Shown: positions 20,270 through 30,067 of the stretch, one piece after another
Numbering within the stretch: the first letter of the stretch is position 1
How the letters are laid out: each line of letters begins with the position of its first letter
Assembly (NCBI RefSeq): GCF_024700885.2
Contig: NZ_CP117016.1
Direction: 5' to 3' (one strand)
DNA length: 64,000 bases
Source: Escherichia coli
GTDB taxonomy: Bacteria > Pseudomonadota > Gammaproteobacteria > Enterobacterales > Enterobacteriaceae
The notes under the pieces: model-generated
Databases searched by the model: none
Told to the model about the DNA's origin: nothing
What the model saw: only the letters and a program-made list of their open reading frames with translations
Translations under genes and position numbers: made by a program

Positions 20270-21514
20270 ATGACACAGGCAAACCTGAGCGAAACCCTGT
20301 TCAAACCCCGCTTTAAACATCCTGAAACCTCGACGCTAGTTCGCCGCTTTAATCACGGCGCACAACCGCCTGTGCAGTCGGCCCTTGATGGTAAAACCAT
20401 CCCTCACTGGTATCGCATGATTAACCGTCTGATGTGGATCTGGCGCGGCATTGACCCACGTGAAATCCTCGACGTCCAGGCACGTATTGTGATGAGCGAT
20501 GCCGAACGTACCGACGATGATTTATACGATACGGTGATTGGCTACCGCGGCGGCAACTGGATTTATGAGTGGGCTACCCAGGCGATGGTGTGGCAACAAA
20601 AAGCCTGTGCGGAAGAAGATCCGCAACTCAGTGGTCGTCACTGGCTGCATGCGGCTACGTTGTACAACATTGCCGCCTATCCTCATCTGAAAGGAGATGA
20701 CCTGGCCGAGCAAGCGCAGGCTTTGTCAAACCGCGCCTATGAAGAGGCCGCCCAGCGTCTGCCGGGCACCATGCGGCAGATGGAGTTTACCGTACCCGGC
20801 GGTGCGCCCATCACCGGCTTTTTGCATATGCCGAAAGGGGATGGCCCGTTCCCGACAGTATTAATGTGTGGTGGTCTGGATGCGATGCAGACGGACTATT
20901 ACAGCCTGTATGAACGTTATTTTGCGCCGCGCGGCATTGCGATGCTGACTATTGATATGCCGTCGGTGGGCTTTTCTTCAAAATGGAAGCTCACCCAGGA
21001 CTCCAGCCTGTTGCATCAGCACGTCTTAAAGGCGCTGCCTAACGTACCGTGGGTAGATCACACTCGCGTCGCGGCCTTTGGTTTCCGTTTCGGCGCTAAC
21101 GTTGCCGTACGTCTGGCATACCTTGAATCGCCGCGTCTGAAAGCGGTTGCCTGTCTTGGTCCGGTAGTTCATACCCTGTTGAGTGATTTTAAGTGCCAGC
21201 AACAGGTGCCGGAAATGTATCTTGACGTTCTGGCGAGTCGTTTGGGGATGCATGATGCTTCCGACGAAGCGTTGCGCGTGGAGCTGAATCGCTATTCATT
21301 AAAAGTGCAAGGATTGCTGGGACGTCGCTGCCCAACGCCAATGTTATCAGGCTACTGGAAGAACGATCCGTTCAGCCCGGAAGAGGACTCACGCTTAATC
21401 ACCTCATCATCTGCTGACGGTAAATTATTAGAGATCCCATTTAACCCAGTGTATCGGAATTTTGACAAAGGTCTTCAGGAAATCACCGACTGGATCGAAA
21501 AACGATTGTGTTAA
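20270..21514 (+). CDS. frsA: Fermentation/respiration switch protein (esterase) FrsA
   Basis: 414 aa alpha/beta hydrolase; K-12 synteny. Confidence 0.9.
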
Positions 21515-21973
<459 letters not shown>

Positions 21974-22011
21974 GTGAAATGTGCCGGATGCATCACATCC
22001 GGCAATATCCA

Positions 22012-23067
22012 TTAAAACTGATAGGTCATGCCAACCGCGACAATATCATCATTATTGATGTTCAGCTTATTATCGCTATCCAGTTGGTTTATTTTATAAT
22101 CAACAAATGCCGACATATTTTTGTTGAAATAATACGTAGCACCAACATCGATATAATTGACCAGATCTTCATCACCGATGCCTTCAATATCTTTCCCTTT
22201 CGATAAGACATAACCCAGCGACGGACGTAGACCAAAGTCAAACTGGTATTGGGCGACCGCTTCAAAGTTCTGTGTCTTATTGGCAAAGCCGCCAGTTATT
22301 GGCGTCATTTTGCGTGTTTCAGAATAGAAAGTTGCCAGATAAATATTATTGGCATCGTATTTCAGACCTGTTGCCCATGCTTCTGCACGCTTGCCTGTGC
22401 CACGGCTTTGCAGGTTCTGCTCGTTGGTGCGATCAGAGTTGGTATAGGCTCCACTGATGGCGAAATCGCTGCCACCAAAGTCATATGTCAATGACGTGCC
22501 GAAGCCATCGCCGTTTTGCTTTTTAACGTCGCGGTTTTCGTTTTTCCCTTGATATTGCAGGGTTAAGTTCAGACCATCGATAACGCCGAAGAAGTCGGTG
22601 TTCCTATACGTCGCCAGACCGCTGGCACGTTTGGTCATAAAGTTGTCGGTCTGTGCGGAGGAGTCGCCACCAAATTCCGGGAACATATCGGTCCAGGCTT
22701 CCACGTCATACAGCGCGCCCAGGTTACGACCATAATCGAAAGAACCCAAATCTTTATATTTCAACCCGGCAAAAGCGAGACGTGTTTTTTGCTGTGCAGT
22801 ATCACTCTCTGCTTTATTACCGGCAAACTCTGCTTCCCAGCGACCATAACCGGTCAATTGATCGTTAATTTGTGTTTCGCCTTTAAAACCAAAACGGATA
22901 TAACTCTGGTCGCCATCTTTACTGTCATTATCACTCATATAATGCATGGCTTTAACTTTGCCATAGACATCCAGTTTATTACCGTCTTTGTTATATATTT
23001 CTGCGGCCTGTACGGATGCAGATGCCACAATGCCCATCACCACTAATGCCAGAGTGCTCTTTTTCAT
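22012..23067 (-). CDS. phoE: Outer membrane phosphoporin PhoE (start at MKKSTLAL)
   Basis: Porin family; C-terminal ...GMTYQF; signal peptide. Confidence 0.95.
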   Translation of the reverse strand: MKKSTLALVVMGIVASASVQAAEIYNKDGNKLDVYGKVKAMHYMSDNDSKDGDQSYIRFGFKGETQINDQLTGYGRWEAEFAGNKAESDTAQQKTRLAFAGLKYKDLGSFDYGRNLGALYDVEAWTDMFPEFGGDSSAQTDNFMTKRASGLATYRNTDFFGVIDGLNLTLQYQGKNENRDVKKQNGDGFGTSLTYDFGGSDFAISGAYTNSDRTNEQNLQSRGTGKRAEAWATGLKYDANNIYLATFYSETRKMTPITGGFANKTQNFEAVAQYQFDFGLRPSLGYVLSKGKDIEGIGDEDLVNYIDVGATYYFNKNMSAFVDYKINQLDSDNKLNINNDDIVAVGMTYQF

Positions 23068-23142
23068 TTTCATTCCTGATTTTAATTAACGCGCGAATAT
23101 TCAGCGGGAGAGTCCCGTTGAAAACAGGAAAGTTTTTAACCT

Positions 23143-23166
23143 GAGATTGTTAAAGATATATTACAG
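23143..23166 (-). promoter_or_regulatory. Pho box for phoE (reverse complement CTGTAATATATCTTTAACAATC)
   Basis: Tandem CTGT(A/C)AT-type half-sites upstream of phoE on its coding strand. Confidence 0.6.
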
Positions 23167-23354
23167 ATTAATAATATTCTTAAAATGTGGTAATTTATTA
23201 AATCTGTAATAAAAGCGTAAACAACTGCCGCTACGCTTGCTGATCCCGCGCAACAAAACGCCATGCTTTGCTCGCAGATGGTTGGCAACCGACGACAGTC
23301 CTGCTAAAACGTTCGTTTGATATCATTTTTCCTAAAATTGAATGGCAGAGAATC

Positions 23355-24458
23355 ATGAGTGACAGCCAGACGCTGGTGGTAAAACTCGGCACCAGTGTGC
23401 TAACAGGCGGATCGCGCCGTCTGAACCGTGCCCATATCGTTGAACTTGTTCGCCAGTGCGCGCAGTTACATGCCGCCGGGCATCGGATTGTTATTGTGAC
23501 GTCGGGCGCGATCGCCGCCGGACGTGAGCACCTGGGTTACCCGGAACTGCCAGCGACTATCGCCTCGAAACAACTGCTGGCGGCGGTAGGGCAGAGTCGA
23601 CTGATTCAACTGTGGGAACAGCTGTTTTCTATTTATGGCATTCACGTCGGGCAAATGCTGCTGACCCGTGCTGATATGGAAGACCGTGAACGCTTCCTGA
23701 ACGCCCGCGACACCCTGCGTGCGTTGCTCGATAACAATATCGTTCCGGTAATCAATGAGAACGATGCTGTCGCTACTGCAGAGATTAAGGTCGGCGATAA
23801 CGACAATCTTTCTGCGCTGGCGGCGATTCTGGCGGGTGCCGATAAACTGTTGCTGCTGACCGATCAAAAAGGTTTGTATACCGCTGACCCGCGCAGCAAT
23901 CCGCAGGCAGAACTGATTAAAGATGTTTACGGCATTGATGACGCACTGCGCGCGATTGCTGGCGACAGCGTTTCAGGCCTCGGAACTGGCGGCATGAGTA
24001 CCAAATTGCAGGCCGCAGACGTGGCTTGCCGTGCGGGTATCGACACCATTATTGCCGCGGGCAGCAAGCCGGGCGTTATTGGTGATGTGATGGAAGGCAT
24101 TTCCGTCGGTACGCTGTTCCATGCCCAGGCGACTCCGCTTGAAAACCGTAAACGCTGGATTTTCGGTGCACCACCTGCGGGTGAAATCACGGTAGATGAA
24201 GGGGCAACCGCCGCCATTCTTGAACGCGGCAGCTCCCTGTTGCCGAAAGGCATTAAGAGCGTAACTGGCAATTTCTCGCGTGGTGAAGTCATCCGCATTT
24301 GCAACCTCGAAGGTCGCGATATCGCCCACGGCGTCAGTCGTTACAACAGCGATGCATTACGCCGCATTGCCGGACACCACTCGCAAGAAATTGATGCAAT
24401 ACTGGGATATGAATATGGCCCGGTTGCCGTTCACCGTGATGACATGATTACCCGTTAA
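23355..24458 (+). CDS. proB: Glutamate 5-kinase (start at [16 protein letters not shown])
   Basis: Amino-acid kinase plus PUA domains; track ORF extended upstream. Confidence 0.95.
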
Positions 24459-24469
24459 GGAGCAGGCTG

Positions 24470-25723
24470 ATGCTGGAACAAATGGGCATTGCCGCGAAGC
24501 AAGCCTCGTATAAATTAGCGCAACTCTCCAGCCGCGAAAAAAATCGCGTGCTGGAAAAAATCGCCGATGAACTGGAAGCACAGAGCGAAATCATCCTCAA
24601 CGCTAACGCCCAGGATGTTGCTGACGCGCGTGCCAATGGCCTTAGCGAAGCGATGATTGACCGTCTGGCACTGACGCCCGCACGGCTGAAAGGCATTGCC
24701 GATGATGTGCGCCAGGTGTGCAACCTCGCCGATCCGGTGGGGCAGGTAATCGATGGTGGCGTGCTGGACAGTGGCCTGCGTCTGGAGCGCCGTCGCGTGC
24801 CGCTGGGTGTGATTGGCGTGATTTATGAAGCGCGGCCGAACGTGACGGTTGATGTCGCTTCGCTGTGCCTGAAAACCGGTAACGCAGTGATCCTGCGTGG
24901 TGGCAAAGAAACCTGTCGCACTAACGCTGCAACGGTGGCGGTGATTCAGGACGCCCTGAAATCCTGCGATTTACCGGCAGGCGCAGTACAAGCGATTGAT
25001 AATCCTGACCGCGCGCTGGTCAGTGAAATGCTGCGTATGGATAAATACATCGACATGCTGATCCCGCGTGGTGGCGCTGGCCTGCATAAACTGTGCCGCG
25101 AACAGTCGACGATCCCGGTGATCACAGGTGGTATAGGCGTATGCCATATTTATGTTGATGAAAGTGCAGAGATCGCTGAAGCCCTGAAAGTAATCGTCAA
25201 CGCGAAAACCCAGCGTCCGAGCACATGTAATACGGTTGAAACGTTGCTGGTGAATAAAAACATCGCCGATAGCTTCCTGCCTGTGTTAAGCAAACAGATG
25301 GCTGAAAGCGGTGTGACGTTACACGCCGATGCTACCGCACTGACGCAATTGCAGGCAGGTCCCGCGAAGGTGGTTGCTGTTAAAGCTGAAGAGTATGACG
25401 ATGAGTTTCTGTCATTAGATTTGAACGTCAAAATCGTCAGCGATCTTGACGATGCCATCGCCCATATTCGTGAACACGGCACACAACACTCCGATGCGAT
25501 CCTGACCCGCGATATGCGCAACGCCCAGCGTTTTGTTAATGAAGTAGATTCATCCGCTGTTTACGTTAACGCCTCTACGCGTTTTACCGACGGCGGCCAG
25601 TTTGGACTGGGCGCGGAAGTGGCGGTAAGCACACAAAAACTCCACGCGCGTGGCCCAATGGGGCTGGAAGCGCTGACCACTTACAAGTGGATCGGCATTG
25701 GTGATTACACCATTCGTGCGTAA
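24470..25723 (+). CDS. proA: Gamma-glutamyl phosphate reductase
   Basis: 417 aa aldehyde dehydrogenase family; coupled to proB. Confidence 0.95.
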   Translation: MLEQMGIAAKQASYKLAQLSSREKNRVLEKIADELEAQSEIILNANAQDVADARANGLSEAMIDRLALTPARLKGIADDVRQVCNLADPVGQVIDGGVLDSGLRLERRRVPLGVIGVIYEARPNVTVDVASLCLKTGNAVILRGGKETCRTNAATVAVIQDALKSCDLPAGAVQAIDNPDRALVSEMLRMDKYIDMLIPRGGAGLHKLCREQSTIPVITGGIGVCHIYVDESAEIAEALKVIVNAKTQRPSTCNTVETLLVNKNIADSFLPVLSKQMAESGVTLHADATALTQLQAGPAKVVAVKAEEYDDEFLSLDLNVKIVSDLDDAIAHIREHGTQHSDAILTRDMRNAQRFVNEVDSSAVYVNASTRFTDGGQFGLGAEVAVSTQKLHARGPMGLEALTTYKWIGIGDYTIRA

Positions 25724-25837
25724 ATAAAACCGGGTGATGCAAAAGTAGCCATTTGATTCACAAGGCCATTGACGCATCGCCCGGTTAGTTTTAACCTTGT
25801 CCACCGTGATTCACGTTCGTGAACATGTCCTTTCAGG

Positions 25838-25913
25838 GCCGATATAGCTCAGTTGGTAGAGCAGCGCATTCGTAATGCGAAGGTCGTAGGTTCGACTCCT
25901 ATTATCGGCACCA
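25838..25913 (+). tRNA. thrW: tRNA-Thr (anticodon CGU)
   Basis: GCCGATATAGCTCAGTTGGTAGAGCAGCGCATTCGTAATGCGAAGGTCGTAGGTTCGACTCCTATTATCGGCACCA; cloverleaf with anticodon loop tTCGTAAt. Confidence 0.95.
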
Positions 25914-26077
25914 TCACCTAGTTTTCCCAAGTCAACCCACATCAACAAAATCATTTAAAAACATATATATTACGTTGTTTTCATACGTTTGAGGTCAACC
26001 CTTGTCTCTTGAAATCAACACGCGGTTGGGGGCACAATCAGGGGCATGTTCTGTTCGGTCTAGGAAATGTGCCCCCA

Positions 26078-27268
26078 ATGATGCTGAATGCCCGCAAGGT
26101 TGAAGCTGCGAAAGGAAAAGAGAAGAGCTACAAGCTGTTTGATGGAGGTGGCCTATATCTTCAGGTCGAACCTAATGGCTCGCGTTACTGGCGTATGAAA
26201 TACCGTTTTGCTGGTAAAGAGAAACGATTGTCCTTTGGTGTTTATCCAACAGTCACACTTGCTGATGCCAGACAAAAACGAGAAGACGCGAAGAAACTAC
26301 TCGCAGCAGGTGAAGATCCCGGCGAAGTCAAAAAAGCCAAAAAGCAGGCTTTAAATGCAGCGATTGAGACACTTAACCCATTCAGAGAAGTGGCGTTAGA
26401 GTGGCACAAAATGAAATCACCCAAATGGTCTGAGGGCTATGCTTCCGACATCATTGAGGCATTCGAGAAAGACATTTTCCCGCATATTGGGCACAGACCT
26501 ATAGCTGATATTCAGCCCCTTGAACTGCTTGAAGTTCTGAGATTGATAGAAGCTCGAGGCGCTATGGAGAAAGCGAAGAAAGTCCGTCAGCGATGCGGTG
26601 AAGTTTTTCGCTATGCCATCGTAACGGGTAGGGCAATCTACAATCCGGCACCGGATCTTGCCAGTGCGATGCAAGGACATGAAGCAGTCCACTATCCATT
26701 CCTCAAAGCCAACGAACTACCGGAGTTCTTTAATGCCCTTAATTCTTATTCAGGAAGTCCAATTGTATTGTTGGGGGCGCATTTACTTATCCTGACAGGT
26801 CTACGAACTGGAGAACTACGAGCAGGTGAGTGGCGAGAGGTGGATTTTGATAATGCGGTGTGGGAGATCCCAAAAGAACGTATGAAAATGCGTAGGAGCC
26901 ATATTGTCCCGTTGTCAAAACAAGCATTATCCCATCTCAAAAGTTTGAAAGAACTAACTGGGAACTACCCGCTGATGTTCCCTGGACGCAACGATCCTAG
27001 CAAATTTATGAGTGAAGCAAGCATTAATCAGGTGTTTAAACGTATTGGATATGCAGGGCGTGTTACGGGGCATGGTTTCAGGCATACGATGAGTACAATC
27101 CTACATGAGAAAGGATTTAACAGCGCTTGGATTGAAACCCAGCTTGCTCATTCGGACAAAAACTCTATTCGTGGAATTTATAACCATGCCCAATATCTCG
27201 AAGGGAGAAGAGAAATGATGCAATGGTATGCTAATTATTTATCTGAGCTAATTGGTACTCATAAATGA
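26078..27268 (+). CDS. int: P4-type tyrosine integrase (track ORF begins at 26009; likely start MMLNARK)
   Basis: N-terminus ...YKLFDGGGLYLQVEPNGSRYWRMKYRFAGKEKRLSFGVYP (P4 integrase arm-binding domain); catalytic HGFRHT...Y near the C-terminus. Confidence 0.9.
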   Translation: MMLNARKVEAAKGKEKSYKLFDGGGLYLQVEPNGSRYWRMKYRFAGKEKRLSFGVYPTVTLADARQKREDAKKLLAAGEDPGEVKKAKKQALNAAIETLNPFREVALEWHKMKSPKWSEGYASDIIEAFEKDIFPHIGHRPIADIQPLELLEVLRLIEARGAMEKAKKVRQRCGEVFRYAIVTGRAIYNPAPDLASAMQGHEAVHYPFLKANELPEFFNALNSYSGSPIVLLGAHLLILTGLRTGELRAGEWREVDFDNAVWEIPKERMKMRRSHIVPLSKQALSHLKSLKELTGNYPLMFPGRNDPSKFMSEASINQVFKRIGYAGRVTGHGFRHTMSTILHEKGFNSAWIETQLAHSDKNSIRGIYNHAQYLEGRREMMQWYANYLSELIGTHK

Positions 27269-28089
27269 ATATTTTAAAAATTAATAATACTGATTCTCTG
27301 CTCAGAGATTACTACCAGTTGGATGAAGCTTCAGAAAAAATTGGTTGTAGTGAAAAGGATATACTCTGGTTTGCCAGAGAACGAGATGTAGAGCTATGCA
27401 TGGAATTCCATGATGATGAGTATGATGTTTCATGTGGTTTGAAGATTGATGGTCAAATGGATGAGTTCTTATCTAATCTGAAATATTTACCACGAGATAG
27501 AAATGGCAATATTATGTTGTCAGACTTAAGTTCTATAAGAATCCCTGATGAAGATAATTTAATTGATAAAAATGGTTTTATTCGATGTTTCATATCCGGT
27601 TTATGGGCTGTTGATTATGAATATAAAGATCTGTTAGTTAAGCATGAGGGGCAACCGGATTCCTGGCCTATTCATTTTCTACTGGCGGGTACGCCTAATA
27701 TAAATTGTAAGGTAATTCTTTATGTAAATTATGATGAAAAAGAAAATTATTATCTTTTTGAGGTTTTGTGGATTACAAAGGTACAGATTCAAAAATTCAT
27801 TGATATAGTCTTATGCGAACAAAAGCGGATAAAAAACGCCAATAAATATAAATCACAATCTGAGGCGCAAAAACAAAAACATGCTGTTCCTCGAGCTGAA
27901 ATACTCATGGCTATTATTTCGCTCTATCATCGTGATATGAGGCTAAGAAGAGAGAGTCCAGCAGCGATAGCTGATTATCTTTTTCAACATGCCAGTGAGT
28001 TCTGGCCTAAGACCGGAGAACCGCCTTTGAGCTATGATACTGTTGTTAGTTTGCTACGTAGTTGCATGAAAAACACTAAGTTTAACTAA
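27265..28089 (+). CDS. Hypothetical 274-aa protein, AT-rich, with an N-terminal HTH_17/AlpA-like helix-turn-helix; overlaps the integrase stop by 4 nt
   Basis: YQLDEASEKIGCSEKDILWFARE resembles Xis/AlpA/MerR-type HTH; the remainder has no recognisable motif; markedly lower GC than int. Confidence 0.5.
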   Translation: MNILKINNTDSLLRDYYQLDEASEKIGCSEKDILWFARERDVELCMEFHDDEYDVSCGLKIDGQMDEFLSNLKYLPRDRNGNIMLSDLSSIRIPDEDNLIDKNGFIRCFISGLWAVDYEYKDLLVKHEGQPDSWPIHFLLAGTPNINCKVILYVNYDEKENYYLFEVLWITKVQIQKFIDIVLCEQKRIKNANKYKSQSEAQKQKHAVPRAEILMAIISLYHRDMRLRRESPAAIADYLFQHASEFWPKTGEPPLSYDTVVSLLRSCMKNTKFN

Positions 28090-28214
28090 ATATTAACAAT
28101 TATTGTGGCTAATGATTTTGGATTTTTTTCATTAGTCACATTTTTCTCATTTATAACCTATGTTTTAATTTTCCGTGTTGAAGCCAATAGACTTAGATAA
28201 ACGGAGAATGATGA

Positions 28215-28421
28215 ATGTTATCTAAACATGATAATACTACTTTGCAACGACCTTCAATGGATTCTCTGATCGATATGAAGTTTATTACTTCCGATTGTTT
28301 ATTAAGTGATAAATGGATTTATCGATTGATTTCTCTGAATCGCTTTCCAAAACCTATAAAAATAGGTCGGATGTCACGATGGCGCGCTGCTGATTATTAT
28401 AAGTGGCGAGATGGGTTTTAA
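28215..28421 (+). CDS. alpA: AlpA-family prophage transcriptional regulator
   Basis: 68 aa; ...DKWIYRLISLNRFPKPIKIGRMSRWRAADYYKWRD matches the AlpA HTH pattern. Confidence 0.75.
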   Translation: MLSKHDNTTLQRPSMDSLIDMKFITSDCLLSDKWIYRLISLNRFPKPIKIGRMSRWRAADYYKWRDGF

Positions 28422-28537
28422 GAAAACTCAGGTCAACATTTTGAGGGAATGAGAAATAAGGCAAGAGCAATTAATAAAGGGAATAGATTATCACCTACTC
28501 CCTAAGCCTTAATTGATAGTTAGTAATATTTAACTGA

Positions 28538-28711
28538 TTAGCCTTTAGGGTCAATCCCGCGTGATTGGAGTTCTTTGCGTAAAATTCTTTTAATCCAAGT
28601 TGCCAACGCGCTATCTCCATCTTTGCGCATTTCGTTTTCGAGTTGCAACCTAAAATCGTCGGTAAGACGCATTTGGAATGGTGGAGAACGTTTCTCTTGT
28701 GGTGTTGACAT
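28538..28711 (-). CDS. Ribbon-helix-helix (Arc/CopG-like) small DNA-binding protein, 57 aa; below the ORF-track cutoff
   Basis: Minus-strand translation MSTPQEKRSPPFQMRLTDDFRLQLENEMRKDGDSALATWIKRILRKELQSRGIDPKG; beta-strand then two helices typical of RHH. Confidence 0.6.
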   Translation of the reverse strand: MSTPQEKRSPPFQMRLTDDFRLQLENEMRKDGDSALATWIKRILRKELQSRGIDPKG

Positions 28712-28751
28712 GGTAATTACCCTAGAATATGATGACTACATGGTAATTACC
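28709..28751. promoter_or_regulatory. Two copies of CATGGTAATTACC (10-bp perfect palindrome GGTAATTACC), 30 bp apart; the first overlaps the RHH start codon; candidate operator
   Basis: Direct reading; spacing equals three helical turns; position at the divergent promoter region. Confidence 0.55.
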
Positions 28752-28842
28752 ATTGTAAGTATAGTTCGCTTGTAAAAGCAATGCCCGATTGTGCGGGAAC
28801 ACAAATCGGGCATTTAACCAACCGTTATAAGAGGTAACGAAG

Positions 28843-29016
28843 ATGGCTAAACAGAAGTGTACTTGGTTATTTGCGGCGATCAACCGCAGTCAACGCAATG
28901 CCCGTCCTGTGATGTTAAGGATCACCGCAGATAACGAGCGGTCAGCGCGGCGCAGACTTGCCCCGGACTATGTACTGAGCTTTGCCGGGCGCATTCCCTG
29001 CGGAGGTGAACATGCG
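28843..29016 (+). CDS. Small hypothetical ORF (57 aa), stop overlapping the next ORF start (ATGCGTAA)
   Basis: MAKQKCTWLFAAINRSQRNARPVMLRITADNERSARRRLAPDYVLSFAGRIPCGGEHA; translational-coupling geometry; no homology recognised. Confidence 0.35.
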
Positions 29017-29371
29017 TAATTATCCGCACCCCGGCGAACGCTGGCAGCATGAACGTGGCTGGACGGTCACGATTATCCGATTAATAGAAGCATCGCCCTC
29101 TGTGGCACTGGTTAATCCTGAATTCAGCTGTGAAGTGCTGATACGTCATGACAGCGACAACCAGCTTTCTTCCTGCCCTCTGGCATGGTTTGAACAGCGG
29201 TATACGCGCCTGTTTGATGTACCGCTCTTTAAGCCTGCACCAGCTCCTGCAGGCGGTAGTGGTTCCGGCCCGCTGACACTGCATCCGTCTGTGCTATTTA
29301 TCCGCTGGCGGGAGCGTAGCATATGGCGTTCTGCTGAGCCTGACGACGGTCACTATTCAAAGTTTCTCTGA
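29012..29371 (+). CDS. Hypothetical protein (start at MRNYPHPGERW)
   Basis: ORF in the island early-gene cluster; Gly/Pro linker in the middle. Confidence 0.45.
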   Translation: MRNYPHPGERWQHERGWTVTIIRLIEASPSVALVNPEFSCEVLIRHDSDNQLSSCPLAWFEQRYTRLFDVPLFKPAPAPAGGSGSGPLTLHPSVLFIRWRERSIWRSAEPDDGHYSKFL

Positions 29372-29402
29372 CAAAATACCGCTGAAAACGGAGTAATCCA
29401 CG

Positions 29403-29687
29403 ATGAATATTTCAAACGGGCACAACGGTGCTCAGGGCCACACTTTGCCTGAAAAACACAATACCGGTGCTTTTGCCTATGGGTTGTCAGAGGACAGTTT
29501 CGGAAAGCTGACCCGCGCAAGAAATGCCTGCGACATGCTCCAGCTTCTCTTTTCTGAATACCCGTCTCAGGCCGGAGCACTGGACGCTGGCTGTGCGCAT
29601 GGTGTCGCCGCGCTGATGGAGTACCTGCTGGCAGATTTGACGGATATTGCACACAGCTGCGCACTGATTGAAGGAGGTGCCAGATGA
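29403..29687 (+). CDS. Hypothetical protein, 94 aa
   Basis: ORF with AGGA-like ribosome-binding site; 4-nt overlap with the next ORF. Confidence 0.45.
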   Translation: MNISNGHNGAQGHTLPEKHNTGAFAYGLSEDSFGKLTRARNACDMLQLLFSEYPSQAGALDAGCAHGVAALMEYLLADLTDIAHSCALIEGGAR

Positions 29688-30067
29688 ACCAGCCGCAGGT
29701 TTCCATTTTCCCGGCAGAAATGACCACCGCGCTTTACCGGCGGGCTATTGCTTCAGCATGGCGGCAGAAAATGCTGAACGAAACTGGCAGTGATCAGTAT
29801 GGTCCGCACAGCCTGACGGTGGAGCGTATTGAAATGGCCATTGCGCTGCATATCGAGTGCGTACTGATTAACGAGTACGGCGAAGTGCAGGGCGCCGCTG
29901 CCGCGCTGGCACTGCTGACTGACATGCTGGAGCCGTCACTGCTGACCGCGCCGCCGGTACTGACCGCGCGCGGCTGTGAAGTGATGGCGGAGATGTACCG
30001 CACGCTTCCGGCGGCCTTTGATGACTTCTGCAGTACCGGTGTGACGTTGTATGAGGGGGAAGTATGA
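29684..30067 (+). CDS. Hypothetical protein, 127 aa; stop overlaps the primase start
   Basis: Coupled series of ORFs upstream of the alpha-like primase. Confidence 0.45.
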   Translation: MNQPQVSIFPAEMTTALYRRAIASAWRQKMLNETGSDQYGPHSLTVERIEMAIALHIECVLINEYGEVQGAAAALALLTDMLEPSLLTAPPVLTARGCEVMAEMYRTLPAAFDDFCSTGVTLYEGEV

